A stretch of 64,000 bases of DNA from NCBI RefSeq assembly GCF_006345805.1, contig NC_043016.1, positions 29,636,001 through 29,700,000 of the forward strand, read 5' to 3'. Each line of letters starts with the position of its first letter. Position 1 is the first letter of the stretch. This DNA comes from Octopus sinensis (taxonomy: Eukaryota). A program made the translations under genes and the position numbers. Below the pieces are notes generated by a model, which worked only from the letters and a program-made list of their open reading frames with translations, searched no databases and was not told the origin of the DNA. Of this stretch, positions 10,641 through 23,605 are shown piece after piece.

Positions 10641-11052
10641 TACTTCTCTTTTACTCTTTTATTTGTTTCAGTCATTTGACTGTGGCCATGCTGGACCACC
10701 GCCTTTAGTCGAGCAAATCGACCCCAGGACTTATTCTTTGTAAGCCCAGTACTTATTCTATCGGTCTCTTTTGCCGAACCGCTAAGTTACCGGGATGTAA
10801 ATATACCAGCATCGGTTGTCAAGCAATGTTAGGGGGACAATTACAGACACACAAACTTATACACACTCATACATATATATATATACACATATATATGACG
10901 GGCTTCTTTCAGTTTCCGTCTACCAAATCCACTCACAAGGCTTTGGTTGAGTCGAGGCTATAGTAAAAGACACTTGCCGAAGGTGCCATGCTGTGGGACT
11001 GAACCTAGAACCATGTGGCTGGTAAGCAAGTTACTTACCACACAGCCACTCC
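10641..11052 (-). mobile_element. SINE family 1 (tRNA-like head, CORE-like segment, internal TA/CA microsatellite, (AAGAGTA)n tail)
   Basis: Reverse complement starts GGAGTGGCTGTGTGGTAAG (A box), has a GGTTCAGTCCC B box and a ..GGCAAGTGTC.. CORE-like segment (resemblance from memory). About 20 related copies in the window. Confidence 0.88.
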
Positions 11053-12259
11053 AAGTTTTTTATTAATTCTAGTTTATTGCAGAAATGAAAGATGTTGTGA
11101 CTTTGATGCTTTTACAGTATACCTTAGTAATATGAATCAAGCACTGAATGGGAAATCAAAAACAAGGTCATTGATTTGATCCACTAAAAAATTTATTGAT
11201 ACATTATAGATTATATTAATTAATTTCTGATTAATTGATTACATTCTGTATAATTACATTTTCCATTCAATCTGATTTCAAAGCCTATTGTCTCTTACAT
11301 TTCTCTCTCAATTCACTGACATCATTCTGTACCTTGCTAAACCCAATCAATACACTCTTTTACCGATTTTTCACGTTGTGATATTTAGAAATAGTAACTT
11401 TCTAATTTATAAATCAGTGACTAGTTGTCACTTCGAAAACTATATATTTCGAACAGGAATTTGGCACCACCAACTCTAGCCAAACAATTAGTCCATGCTA
11501 ATGGAGGGAAATAATCCGGAAATTGTGATATACAGATATTGTTTTGAGCTGAGTGGGGGTGTTAGATTCCCTTGTTCGAAAATATAAGGACACAGATCGT
11601 GTCGTATAGCCAGCTGGAGATGATGTCTCCTGGGGCTAAATCACAGCAACATTTGTCCTAAACCAAGACTGCCATGTTATGTTGGCAAACACTCTTTACT
11701 ACAAAACTGATCTATCTAAGGAAATTGCTGGGCTCCATTGCGATAGGTAGAAACTCCAAGCAATGTAAAATATGGCCCAGACCGTGATTAGCAGCTTGAA
11801 CATCAAACTTCAAAAAGTAGTTAACATTTAATGTTTTTAGTAGATTTATACGGAAAAAGTAAGCATTATACTGTCCAGCATAAATAAAGTCAACTTCATT
11901 ATATTTTTCCTGTAAAAACCGGCATTAAATGAATCAACTTCCTGTACATCATTTTTTGACAAATAAGATTTCTAAAAAAATTCTGGAAATGATCTACTCA
12001 TGTAATTTACACACCTCCTAATGTTTATTCTTGTTTTTGTAAAAAAAAATGTGCGTAAATTACATGGGTTTTTACAGTATACCTCTCCCAATACTTGACT
12101 GGTACCTATTTTAGCAATTCTGAAGGAATGAAAGGCAAAGGGACCTCGTCAGGCTTTAAAACTAGACTGATGAAACACTGCTAAGCATTTTGTTCAGTAT
12201 GCTAATGGTTCTGCCCTCCTCCTACTACCACCACCACCGGTAATAAAAATAACAGACCT

Positions 12260-12690
12260 TAACCAGTTGAGCATGTCCCTTAGTGGCTGATGATATGTGC
12301 ATCTCTGATCATCATGAGCAGAAGTAGTGGAGGAGCATCATAGCCATGTGTTGAGAGGATTTCTTTGGGATTTGATTAATTCACCTTTGGAAACATGGAT
12401 ATTTTGCTCAACATCCTTAAACAACCCTTATTCAGGGATCTTTTGAGTAGGATGGGCTACTCGACCTGAAGAAAATTCTAACATGGCCCCTACCTGCAAG
12501 GTCATGTGTCGTTTCTCTTGATATGAGATCACCATGTCACGCACATACGGTTGTGATGCATGTGCCTAGTGTACCCTTATCAGATGGGTAGTCATACTGG
12601 GTATACTGGGCTTCGTATATTTTACCCCAGTGTCACTTTGATGGCATGCACTGCTCTCTCACTCAATAATAATAATAATAACAATAATAG
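12260..12690 (+). repeat. Unclassified (AAT)n-tailed interspersed repeat
   Basis: Ends CTCTCTCACTC(AAT)n; a partial inverted copy occurs at about 53460-53560. Confidence 0.5.
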
Positions 12691-13552
12691 TTTCTAATTT
12701 TGGCACAAGGCCATTGATACCGGTAATCAACTTGTACTTATTTTATCTACCCTGAAAGGATGACCTCTGTGAAATTTGAACTTAGAACTTAAAGACAAGA
12801 AAATGTCACTAAGCATTTCAACCAGTGTGCTACCAATTCTGCTAGCTTGCTGCCTTAATAATGGTTATAATAATAATAATAGGTTGTGTCAGCTTGAGTT
12901 ACTTTAGCCACTCTTTATAAAAATAGTCTCAATCATCCATTTCATAATTTCCTGATTTTTAATTGATTTTTTAATTATGAATGTAGATTTTCAGGTCATG
13001 AAATCTCCATTTATTAACCAAGCAGGATTTAAAATGCTTTACTAAGGAGATTAAACTGACATCTCTCAAGTTTCTTGGAGAAAGATTACATTGAAATAAT
13101 CTAAAGCTTTGATCAAATAATGTCTGATAGGGTATTCACTTGAGAGAGGATTCCTGATGCAATATCTCAGCTATGTTGAACTCCACCCAAACAAATTAAA
13201 AATTTTTTTACTGTTTATTTTTCGGAAAGGTATTAAGACTCAAATAATGTTTTGGCTGATAATTATTTTTCAAGCTGTTGGAATGTAATCAAAAGAAGTT
13301 AAGAAAAATCTTGATAATTCAGTAGAAATGCGGCTTGACTTTGAAATAAAGGTACACTAGAAGTTCAGTTTTTAAATGATTGAAAACAAGATGATCAGCT
13401 AAAATCTTGCTACGCCTTCTGTTTCATCTCTAATATTATAATCTTTTCAAGACTCCAGGAATGGAAACCTTTCATAAAATGCTACAGTGGCTTTAAATCA
13501 GAGGGGCTGGACAGTAGCATTGTGAATACTGATGTTGAATAAATATTCAGTA

Positions 13553-14259
13553 TTAACCCTTCAGCATTTAAACTGGCCACATCTGGTTTGAATAATCTAT
13601 CTGTTTTAAGCTTAAACCAGCCAGATCTGGCCTCTCACACCTACCCTACAGTGTCATTGTAAAAATACACAATCATATGATTCAATATCTCAAAGCTCTG
13701 AGATAACGTATGATAAATTCAAAACAATGTGAATAAAAAAGCATTACATTTCACAGAATAATCTAATTAAAAAGGGGGTTAATTAACCCTTTTGATGCTA
13801 AATAACATCAGATCAGCCCTGTTCCTTTGAAACAAAATGATCTTATATAATATTTTATCTAAAAGAAATTTTGTTATGTTTCAAACATCAAATCAATATA
13901 CCAGCACATCCTTGAATCAATGATTTCCCGACATTATGGCAGCCAAATCTCCCTCAAATCATACCCTACCATGATCTAGGATAATATTGTTCCTGTTTAC
14001 ACAATGTCTTAATGAAGTGGTGATCACAGCTTAATCCTTTAGCATATAAACCAGCCATGTCTAGCCAAAATATTGTTTTTGTTTTATGTTCAAACTGACC
14101 AGATCCAGCCTCTCACACCTACCCCTCTATGTCATTCTATAACTAGACAATCACATCATTGAAATCTCAAAGCTACAAGATAATACATGATTAATTCAAA
14201 ACAATGTGAATAAATAAGCATTATGTTTGACTAAGTAATCTGAATGCTAAAGGGTTTAA
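13553..14259. mobile_element. Cluster of piggyBac-like (TTAA|CCC..GGG|TTAA) MITEs
   Basis: Copies at 13553-13782 and 14031-14259 (TTAACCCTTYAGCAT..ATGCTAAAGGGTT); a second MITE family starts immediately at TTAACCCTTTTGAT (13783). Confidence 0.75.
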
Positions 14260-15768
14260 AACACTTCTGTTCATAGATCTTGCTGGATGAAAGCTGACCT
14301 TGGGCTAAACAGCGACCAGTAAATGACAGTCAATTATTTTACTATATCTTCACAAGTTCTTGATTATTTTCAAAACTAATCGAAACATGAACTGTGTATT
14401 TCAGTAGGAAATTAATCAGAATTAAAGAATGGTATGGTTGGTATTAGATGCAAATTAGCAGAAATCAAAGAATAATTAGAGCATTTAGATATATCAGTTG
14501 TTTTAAACAATGATAATTGATGTGGTGCTTATTGTGTTGAAATGACAATGATTGAGACATTTAAATATATTAACTGTGTTAGTCTCCTAAAATAATGAGA
14601 TTTTCAAGTACTGCTGCTAACCTAAATAAAGTTTTGCACAAGAAGGTCGTAGCAATATGTTGGTGAGTGTAGGAGGAACATGTTCTGTCCTCTATCTGTG
14701 TTGACTGAGGTTGGGTTATATATCCAATGCTTACATCTGTTCCAAAGAGATGTCTGCCTGTTGACTGGATTGTTTTTCGAATGATCAGAATGATAGTACC
14801 TTATTTGGAATTGAGTGAATGTTAGCAACAGGAAGAGCACCCAGCTGTTGAAAAACTGCCTCAATAAGTCTAACCCATGCTAGCATGGAAAAAGTGTACG
14901 TTAAAATGATGTAGGATCTTTAATGTGAAGAAGTTTAGAAATAGCAATCAAGACAATAATATGAATTTATTTAGGTTTCATTGGCAGAATTTTAACTGAC
15001 ATTCTGTGAATGTATAAAGTTTGGCAGAGCAAACCTTATCATTCCTTCAGTGTGTTGAATGTAGTAAGTTGTGTACCGTCTGATCAACTTAACTCTCTTC
15101 GTGTCATTCTTACAGTGTCAGACCCACAAAACTTCAGTTTAAATACTTCAACCACTATTTTTTTGTCCTGAACTATTACCCTTGGCTGATTCCCATGCAG
15201 ACGTCAGTCTGCTGAACTCTGCTAATCACATGTTAGTCAGTGAAGAATATGGACTCTGATTGCTAGTCAACAAAGGGGAAACTGGTACTGTTTACTGTTC
15301 ATGGTTTACTGGTTAGCAACAGGAGCTGCTAAAACATTTGCCTTTGACAATGTATCACTATCCAAATTTGCAAAAGCTATTCTAATTATGCAACCATGGA
15401 GAATTAACTACGAAAGGTTTTTTTTTTTTATTGTTTGTCTTGAAAATTTTATGTATATTTGAAATACAAAAAACACACCTATTGATTTTTATTTTGAATA
15501 CTTGTGAGTTATTTACAAGATATTTAGATACACAGGATGATAAATTTGCAAGTATTATCAGTGCTTAATCACATGTAAATAAAACAGAATTTTGTTTCTG
15601 AGAACATCAAGTGCGTGTTTGGGAAGAATCCATCTACCATGCCATTACACTATAAACTGGGTCTAAGAGATATAAATCAACATTCTCTCATTTTTTTTTA
15701 ATGCATAGCTTCTAAAAATGTTGCTAATAAAGCTGTGGTTTAATAAGACTGAACTATGTTATGAAGAA

Positions 15769-16095
15769 TAGGCGCATGAGTGGCTGTGTGGTAAGTAGCT
15801 TGCTTACCAACCACATGGTTCCGAGTTCAGTCCCATTGCGTAGCACCTTGAGCAAGTGTCTTCTACTATAGCCTTGGGCCGACCAAAACCTTGTGAGTAG
15901 ATTTGGTAGATGGTAACTGTATCGGCCCCTTTACCCTTCCCTTGGATAACATCAGTGGCGTGAAGAGTGGGGAGGCTGGTATGCATGGGCAGCTGCTGGT
16001 CTTCCATAAACAACCTTGTCTGCACTTGTACCTCGAAGGGTAACTTTCTAGGTGCAATCCCATGGTCATTCATGACCGAAGGGGGTCTTTTCACT
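15769..16095 (+). mobile_element. SINE with the family-1 head but a different 3' body
   Basis: TAGGCGCATGAGTGGCTGTGTGGTAAGTAGCTTGC..GGTAGATGGTAACTG matches the family-1 head, then switches to unrelated sequence ending GACCGAAGGGGGTCTTT. Confidence 0.7.
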
Positions 16096-16632
16096 TTACT
16101 GAAAGCCATGAGCACAGATTCTTCCTCCAGATGGTAATCACCATTGAAATAATGGAGAAGTTTTTAGTGTTTGTGATCAACAAGCATACCATTTACCTTT
16201 GTCTTTTACTTGTTTTAATCTTTGGACTGTGGCCATGCTGGAGCATCACATTCAAGGGGGTGTTTTTTTAGTGAAACAAATTAGACCCAGTACCTTTTTT
16301 TTTTAAAGTCTGGTTCTCATTCTATCAATCTTTATTTGCCAACCTGCTGTTATAAAGATGTAAAAAAAAACCAACACTGGTTATCAAGTGGTAGGGTTGG
16401 GACAAACACACACACACACACACTTTTATACATGATAGTCTTTGACATAGTTTCTACCTACGAAATTTACTCATGAGGCATTCATCAACCAAGGGCTAAA
16501 ATAAAAGGTACTTGCTCAAGGTACCATGCAGTGGAACTGAATGGCAAACCATGTTAGCACAGAACAGATTTGTTAATCACGCAACTATGCCTGTGCTTAT
16601 AGGTTCTTAACCACACATGGATATAGTTATAT

Positions 16633-17039
16633 TACTCTTTTACTCTTTTACTTGTTTCAGTCATTTGACTGCGGCCATGCTGGAGCACCTCCTTTAGTCG
16701 AGCAAATCGACCCCGGGACTTATTCTTTGTAAACCCAGTACTTATTCTATCGTCTCTTTTTGCCGAACCGCTAAGTGACGGGGACGTAAACACATCAGCA
16801 TCGGTTGTCAAGCAATGCTAGGGGGACAAACACACAAACAAACACACATACATATATATACAAATACATATATACGACGGGCTTCTTTCAGTTTCCGTCT
16901 ACCAAATCCACTCACAAGGTATTGGTCAGCCCGGGGCTATAGCAGAAGACACTTGCCCAAGATGCCACGCAGTGGGACTGAACCCAGATCCATGTGGTTG
17001 GTTAGCAAGCTACTTACCACACAGCCACTCCTGTGCCTA
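16633..17039 (-). mobile_element. SINE family 1, near-intact copy
   Basis: Full head-to-tail match to the copies at 19416-19838, 48831-49242 and 54435-54851. Confidence 0.9.
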
Positions 17040-17470
17040 TTGTTACTAAAATCTCTCAAACTTTTTTTTTATCCAAAGCAGTGGAGCGCCAGAAACAGTA
17101 TTGTACTTTGTAATATACACAGTTATAATCCTGTGTGTTACGAGTTCATATTCCACAAGTGTTGATCAAATAAGAACCAATCTGTAACTGGGGTGGATTC
17201 CTATCACAATAACATACCACCTATTAAGGAAGTCCTCAGTGGGTTGTTTGTTGACCTTTTAGAGCAAAGAAAGAAATGGTTTCCTTTTGACAGCTGTTAT
17301 AGCATTGCTAATGTAATATCATTTCTGGTTGTGTGGGGCAGGCATGGTAGGAAGAACACTCTTTCAGGTATTCACTATGTTACTACAAGAGTTTGATTTG
17401 TGATAATGAGCCATTTTTTTTTTTCTTTTCTTTTCTAATATTTATATTGTTAATATTTTATCTGTTGCAG

Positions 17471-17554
17471 GCCGTAAGGAGTTAGCAATAGAATTCTACA
17501 GGAAAGGTATCACTGAACTTGAAAAAGGTATTTCGGTTGATGTTAACGGCCAAG
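17471..17554 (+). CDS. SPAST: Spastin exon (MIT domain): (G)[27 protein letters not shown](G)
   Basis: Polypyrimidine tract and TTGCAG acceptor, CAAG|GTAAAT donor, 84 nt, phase 1-1. Resembles vertebrate spastin [28 protein letters not shown]. Confidence 0.95.
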
Positions 17555-18104
17555 GTAAATAAAAATACATTTTTCAGTTTTAATTAGTCATTGTTTCACT
17601 TTAAGACTGGTGTAAAATCACTTTGTTTTAGTTATCAGCATTTACTATTTTCCATATTGACACGCATGCACACACACACACACACAATCTCAAGCACACA
17701 CCCACCTGCATACATCATCACCATCATTGTTTAACGTCCGCTTTCCATGCTAGCATAGGTTGGACGATTTGACTGAGGGCTGGCGAACCAGATGGCTGCA
17801 CCTGGCTTCAGTCTTGATCTGGTAGAGTTTCTACAGCTGGATGGCCTTTGTAACGCCAGGATGCCCTTTCTAACACCATATATACTTTTGATTCTGATTC
17901 TTGTTTCAATTTTTGTACTAGTTATGCTTAGGCATTGACATAATGGGTCTGCAATCAGCTATATTGAGCTCCTTGTTTATATGCATTGACCATTGTAAAA
18001 AAAAAGTGAAAGTAAATTGTGATACAAATTGGAATTGACAGTGTTGACCTTCCATAATTTTTTGTAAACAATGCATGTGACATAACCAATATGAAGAACA
18101 TATA

Positions 18105-19366
18105 CAGATAGTATCAAAAAGTTTCTGGACTAGCTATGCTTAATAAAAAGTAACTTATCTAAGTTTTAACATCATCTTCTTCGAAATAGTCATCTTGCAC
18201 AGCAATACGTTGGTCCTGCCATTTTTGGAACCTGGCCTGGCCTGGCAGTTGTTTTCTGCAAGCGAGTAGAGGAGCTTCTGTGATTCGCTCTGGGTATTGA
18301 CAACTGTGTTAAAATGGCGACCTTTGAGCTGCATTTTCATCTTGGGGAAAAGATGGAAGTTGACAGGTGCCAAATCTGGCAAATTGAGTAGGTGCAGAAG
18401 CAGTGCCCTGTTGTTTTTGGTGAGAACCTTGCAAGTGAAGAGAACTTGGTGATGGTTGTCATGAAGAATTCAATTCTTTGTGCTCCAAAGATCCAGTTGT
18501 TTTCACTGAAAGTCCTCCCTCAGATACTTCAAAACATTGCAGTAGAACTCTCAATTGACAGTTTGGTCCCAGAGGACAAATTCTCAATGCACAATACCAT
18601 AAATGTTGAAAAAAAAAAAAACAATGAACATTTTCTTGATTGAGCTGCGGCTCTGTTGTGCCTTCTTCAGTTGTGGAAATGAAGGGCTCTTCCATTGTTA
18701 TGACTGTTACTTCATTTCAAGAACATACCCATAGACCCAACTCTCGTCCCTGGTGATGATCCTCAATTATGAAGGACTGATCATCATCAGCAGCATGCTT
18801 ACAGAGATCTTGACAGACTTTGACATGGTGTTCTTTCTGTTCAGCAATCAGCAGGTGGGGGACAAACTTGGCAGACCCATAAGACAAACCAACAACATTA
18901 GCAATGTCATTGATTGTCCTCTGATGATCTTCATGCACAAGCTGATGAATTTTTACCACATTTCCAGGAATGACAATTGTGGCAGGTCTTCCAGATCACT
19001 CATTGTCTTCTAGGGACATTCTTCTGCTCTTGAAGTGCTTATGCCACTTGAAACATTGAGTACAGCCCATTGCCTTGTTGCTATAAGCTTTCTGAAAGCA
19101 TGTTCAATGTCTCTGTAGTAGACTTCCCAAGATTAATGCAAAATTTCATGTTGGCTCGTTGTTCCTGTGTATGAAGAAATTTCTGGCTACAGCATACACG
19201 TGATCACAAAAACACAAATTTCAATAATTGCAAAGTAAACGCAGCAATGTCACTCAGCACACTGCTTCATGAAGGTCACTGCTAGTTGTCACTGCACATG
19301 CACTTGTGTGCTGCCATCTGTTGGCGCACTACAAAACTAGTCCGGAAATTTTTTTATACCACCTCA
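18105..19366 (-). mobile_element. Mariner element, near full length (~1.26 kb), decayed, TA-flanked
   Basis: TA|CAGATAGTATCAAAAAGTTTCTGGACTAG ... CTAGTCCGGAAATTTTTTTATACCACCTCA|TA. Minus-strand fragments VHEDHQRTINDIANVVGLSYGS, AKFVPHLLIAEQKEHHVKVCQDL and PDLAPVNFHLFPKMKMQLKGRHF. Same family as 6045-6838. Confidence 0.92.
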
Positions 19367-19415
19367 TACATATAAAATATATGTATAGTTTTCATGTAAG
19401 ATGAAAACAATCATA

Positions 19416-19838
19416 TACTCTTACTCTCTTTTACTCTTTTACTTGTTTCAGTCATTTGACTGTGGCCATGCTGGAGCACCGCCTTTAATCGAGCAACTCG
19501 ACCCCGGGACTTATTATTTTTGTAAGCCCAGTACTTATTCTATCGGTCTCTTTTGCTGAACCGCTAAGTAACGGGGACATAAACACACCAGCATCGGTTG
19601 GCAAGCAATGCTAGAGGGACAAACACAGACACACAAACACACACACATACATATACATATATATGCATATATACGACAGGCTTCTTTCAGTTTCCGTCTA
19701 CCAAATCCACTCACAAGGCTTTGGTCGGCCCGAGGCTATAGCAGAAGACACTCGCCCAAGGTGCCACGCAGTGGGACTGAACCCGGAACCATGTGGGTGG
19801 TAGACAAGCTACTTACCACACAGCCACTCCTGCGCCTA
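19416..19838 (-). mobile_element. SINE family 1, near-intact copy
   Basis: Ends CACAGCCACTCCTGCGCCTA (head, reverse complement); (TACTCTT)n tail at the left. Confidence 0.9.
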
Positions 19839-20362
19839 TGTCTACAGGAAAACATAATCTTTAATGCATGTAATGGAATTTGTGAATACTTTACCATGAT
19901 CTCAAAATTTGTTTCTCTATACCTGCTCATGAAGATATAATGTAAATAAAAATCACAAGTTCCAAATTGTAGCATAAGTTTCCTCTTGGCAAGCATCAAC
20001 TATTCTTGTACAGTTTGTGTATGGATGCTGTCATCATTTGGATCAATAAAATTGAGTGGAAGATCAACAACTTCATGAGACCTATATAGGAAGCTAGCAA
20101 TATCTTGTGTTTTATAATCTTCTTTTCATGCCAGCAATATCCAATAACTTATAATGTTATTTTCATGAAATTTTGATATGTCACTTCCAGTTTCTTTTCA
20201 AATTTACTTTCATTTTGATGGTGAACTGCATGTAAACTGACCCCTTTCCCTCTTAGTACTTATTTTATAGAACTTGTAAAGGACAAGGGTCACTGTGTCA
20301 TAAAGAGACATAACTCAGGTGGAGCCACATGGCATTTTTTCTTTGATCATGCACACATGCAC

Positions 20363-20500
20363 AGACAGAGACAGTCAGACAGACAGGGACAGACAGACAG
20401 ACAGGGACAGACAGACAGACAGACAGAGACAAGCAGACAGACAGACACAGACAGACACAGACAAACAGAGAGACAGACAGACAGGGAGATAGACAGAGAG
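20363..20500. repeat. (GACA)n/(GA)n microsatellite
   Basis: Direct reading of the sequence. Confidence 0.9.
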
Positions 20501-20652
20501 AGAAACATTTCTAGTTACCAAATTTTACTCATATTGACATAGAAGGTACTTGCACTAAGTGTGTTATATTGGAATTGGACTTGAAACTGTATCATGTAGT
20601 TTTGAATTGAACTTTGTAAACACACAACAATATCTGTTTCATATCATGTTTG

Positions 20653-20712
<60 letters not shown>

Positions 20713-21076
20713 TGTGTATTTTATATCTTTTACATGTTTCAGTCATCAGACTGCAGCCATGAGAATTTTAATTGAATAAATCAACCCCAACACTTAATTT
20801 TTTTTCTAAGCCTGATATTTATTGTCAGTCTCTTTTGCTGAACTTCTAAGTTACAAGGAAGCAAACATTCCAACACTGGAGGTGGGGGACAAACACAGCT
20901 ACAAGGACACACACACACATGCATAAATGTGGTAGGCTTCTTTCAGTTTCCATCTGCCAAATCCACTCACAAGGCTTTTGTTGGCCCAAGGCTATGGTAG
21001 AAAAAAACACTTGCCCAATGAACCTGGAACTAAGTGGTTAGAAAGCAAACTTCTTATCACACAGCCATGCTTGCAC

Positions 21077-21110
<34 letters not shown>

Positions 21111-21840
21111 ACATACTAGGTAGTTGTGTTTTATTGGACTAATTATCCTTCACTAATTAGGCTAATACTTTAATCCATTTATTGACAGTTTCTTCAGCTT
21201 CTAAACATCTTTTGGAAATGATTCCGCTTCATTGATGATTGATTGGTTTCTATGAATTTCCAGTTCAATTCCAGTAGGTTTGATTGACCAGATTGAAAAA
21301 AAAAAACAAAGAAGTAAAAGAAATAAAGAAACGACTAAAAAGAAAAGCATGCTAATCCATAAAACTTGATAAACTATCCAATTATTAACTAAATGTTTTG
21401 ATAATCCTGTTTTCTAATTTCTTAATTATAGTTTTGTTGTTAATGTTGTCAAATAATTTTCTTCGTTATTGTTATCAGTATTTTTTTTTTTTTCATTTTT
21501 AAAAACTGTTTTCCTCTCTTGTAGATCAGATGATGTTAAATAATTCTTTCATCAATATTTTTCTAAATAAATTTCTACACCCATGCTCTGTCTGTATATC
21601 CACATTTACTCACTGAAGTAAATCATCATAATACCTCCCCCCCTTCCTCCTCCTCCCCTCCTCCTCCTCCTCCTCCTCCTCCTCATCATCATCATCATCA
21701 CCACCACCACCACCACCACCATCGTTCATCATTGTTGTTGTTGTTATCATTACCATTGTCATTGTCGTCATCGTTATTAGTCACCATTGTTGTTGTTTCT
21801 GTCATCAATCATTAGTCTCATCACTATCATGGCATAGATG

Positions 21841-21980
21841 CACTAGCTTAGCCAAGTGGGTGGTCTGCCCTGGGCGGCACTTTTGGGTCTGCTGTAGGTA
21901 GTGTGTTTTTTGTGGGGTCCGAGGAAGGGGGTGGGCGACACACAGAAGGGCTACTGTGGGAGACACTAGCTACACTAGTG
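21841..21980. mobile_element. 140-bp GC-rich hAT-type MITE with perfect 8-bp TSD
   Basis: CATAGATG at 21833-21840 and 21981-21988; ends CACTAGCTTAGC / GCTACACTAGTG. Confidence 0.8.
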
Positions 21981-23452
21981 CATAGATGGGTTAGCCAGGT
22001 TTATCTAGCAAGGTGTGTCTTTTCTTCTCTTCATCCTGTATCTAACATATCATGATATTTAATCTTTCCATATTCTTCTAGGTTTTCCTCTACCCTAACC
22101 GTAACCTTATATTGTCACCACCACTCATCATCCATTCTTCACTTGGCATGCATTAACTGATGTTTTTCAGTGATTTACCATTTTCTCTTTGTGACAACAA
22201 TAATAGTTGATCTGCTAGAAATGGCTGCCAAATCTCACACAAATCACACATCCCGATATCATAGAAAAGGACACATTGAATAGCATAGTCTTGGGTGCAC
22301 TAATTATATTTCTAGAAAAAAGACAAAGTGGTCACCGTTGGAACACTTTCACTAAGTTTGCTGTATCAGAGCTGATCTGAGATTTAATTCTTTTGATGCA
22401 GATTAAATCTAAGACATGCTTTGCTTCTAATCCATGTTTTAAAGTGTTTCATATTTACATTGAAATTTCCATAATTTTACAACAGAGCTTTTGTGCTCAG
22501 GAAAAGCATCAATGTTGCTGCTTGATTTGCTAGATATAGCAAACTGATCTCCCTCAAATCACATGCTATCTCTTTAAAAAAGAAAAAAAAAAACACTTTG
22601 AATAATGTAGTCCTAGATACACTAAACTGGAATAAAAAAAGAAAAATGATTTGATGGACTGGGCAGGAATACTTAAATCTACTGGATTACACCTGACATG
22701 GGATAACATACTACCAACTAATTCATGAATAAAATTAATTTACTAAATCTTCCCAAATTAATTAATTTTCAAAATTAATTAAAATCTCGCCAGTGTATTA
22801 TGTGAAATACAACAACTACAACCATTCACCTGAATTATTTCTTTCGTTATCAAGCCATTTTTCTCTTTATCTAACCATTTTTAGATTGTTTTCTTTACGT
22901 ACTTATTTATTTAATATGAAAATATTCTAAGTATAGAATATTCTGGAATCTTGAGAATTCAAGTTGATTATGAGAATTGATAACAACAAATTCTAAATCT
23001 AATAGACATTCTTAAATTTAAAAAAAACCCCAAAAATTCAAAAATGACATTTTTAAGTGAAACAGAATATTTCTGTTTATCTTTTGATGAGTTTGAAGGA
23101 ATTATTTTTATGATGGTGGCAAACTGTTATACTAAATCAGTATAACACCTTAACCTTTTTGTGGCCATATTTCTGAAGAACTACACCATCCTTGTTTCAA
23201 TTCATTTTGAAAATAATGAATTTAGTACAATAACCTCATCGTTATTAAGCTTGTATTTGGAACATAAATTAACATGGAAATTTGATGAAAGGTTTTAATT
23301 TAGATAATTTTAAAACAATAAATTTGTATCATAGGACCAGGGGCAGTTTTAGACCAGTTCGTATCAGAAGTAGTAACACTTGGCAATATTAGTGCTGTAG
23401 CTAAGTTGGTGAGCTGGCAGATTTGTGAGCATGCTAGGCAAAATGCTTAGCT

Positions 23453-23574
23453 GGGGTTAGTAGCCCATGCTCTTAACCACTACGCCATATGTCCATGGGC
23501 ATATGGCGTAGTGGTTAAGAGCACAGGCTGCTAACCCCAAGATTCCGAGTTCGATTCCAAGCAGTAACCTGAAC

Positions 23575-23605
<31 letters not shown>

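Noticed and set aside
15301-15415. Possible spastin exon 1 (MVYWLATGAAKTFAF..INYER)
   Set aside because: No resemblance to the spastin N-terminus; the only nearby donor is weak (AG|GTTTTT) and phase 2, whereas phase 1 is needed.
23504-23570. tRNA gene
   Set aside because: A and B boxes are present, but there is no complete acceptor stem and it runs into (AAT)n; it is a retroposon head. The same applies to the other SINE heads.
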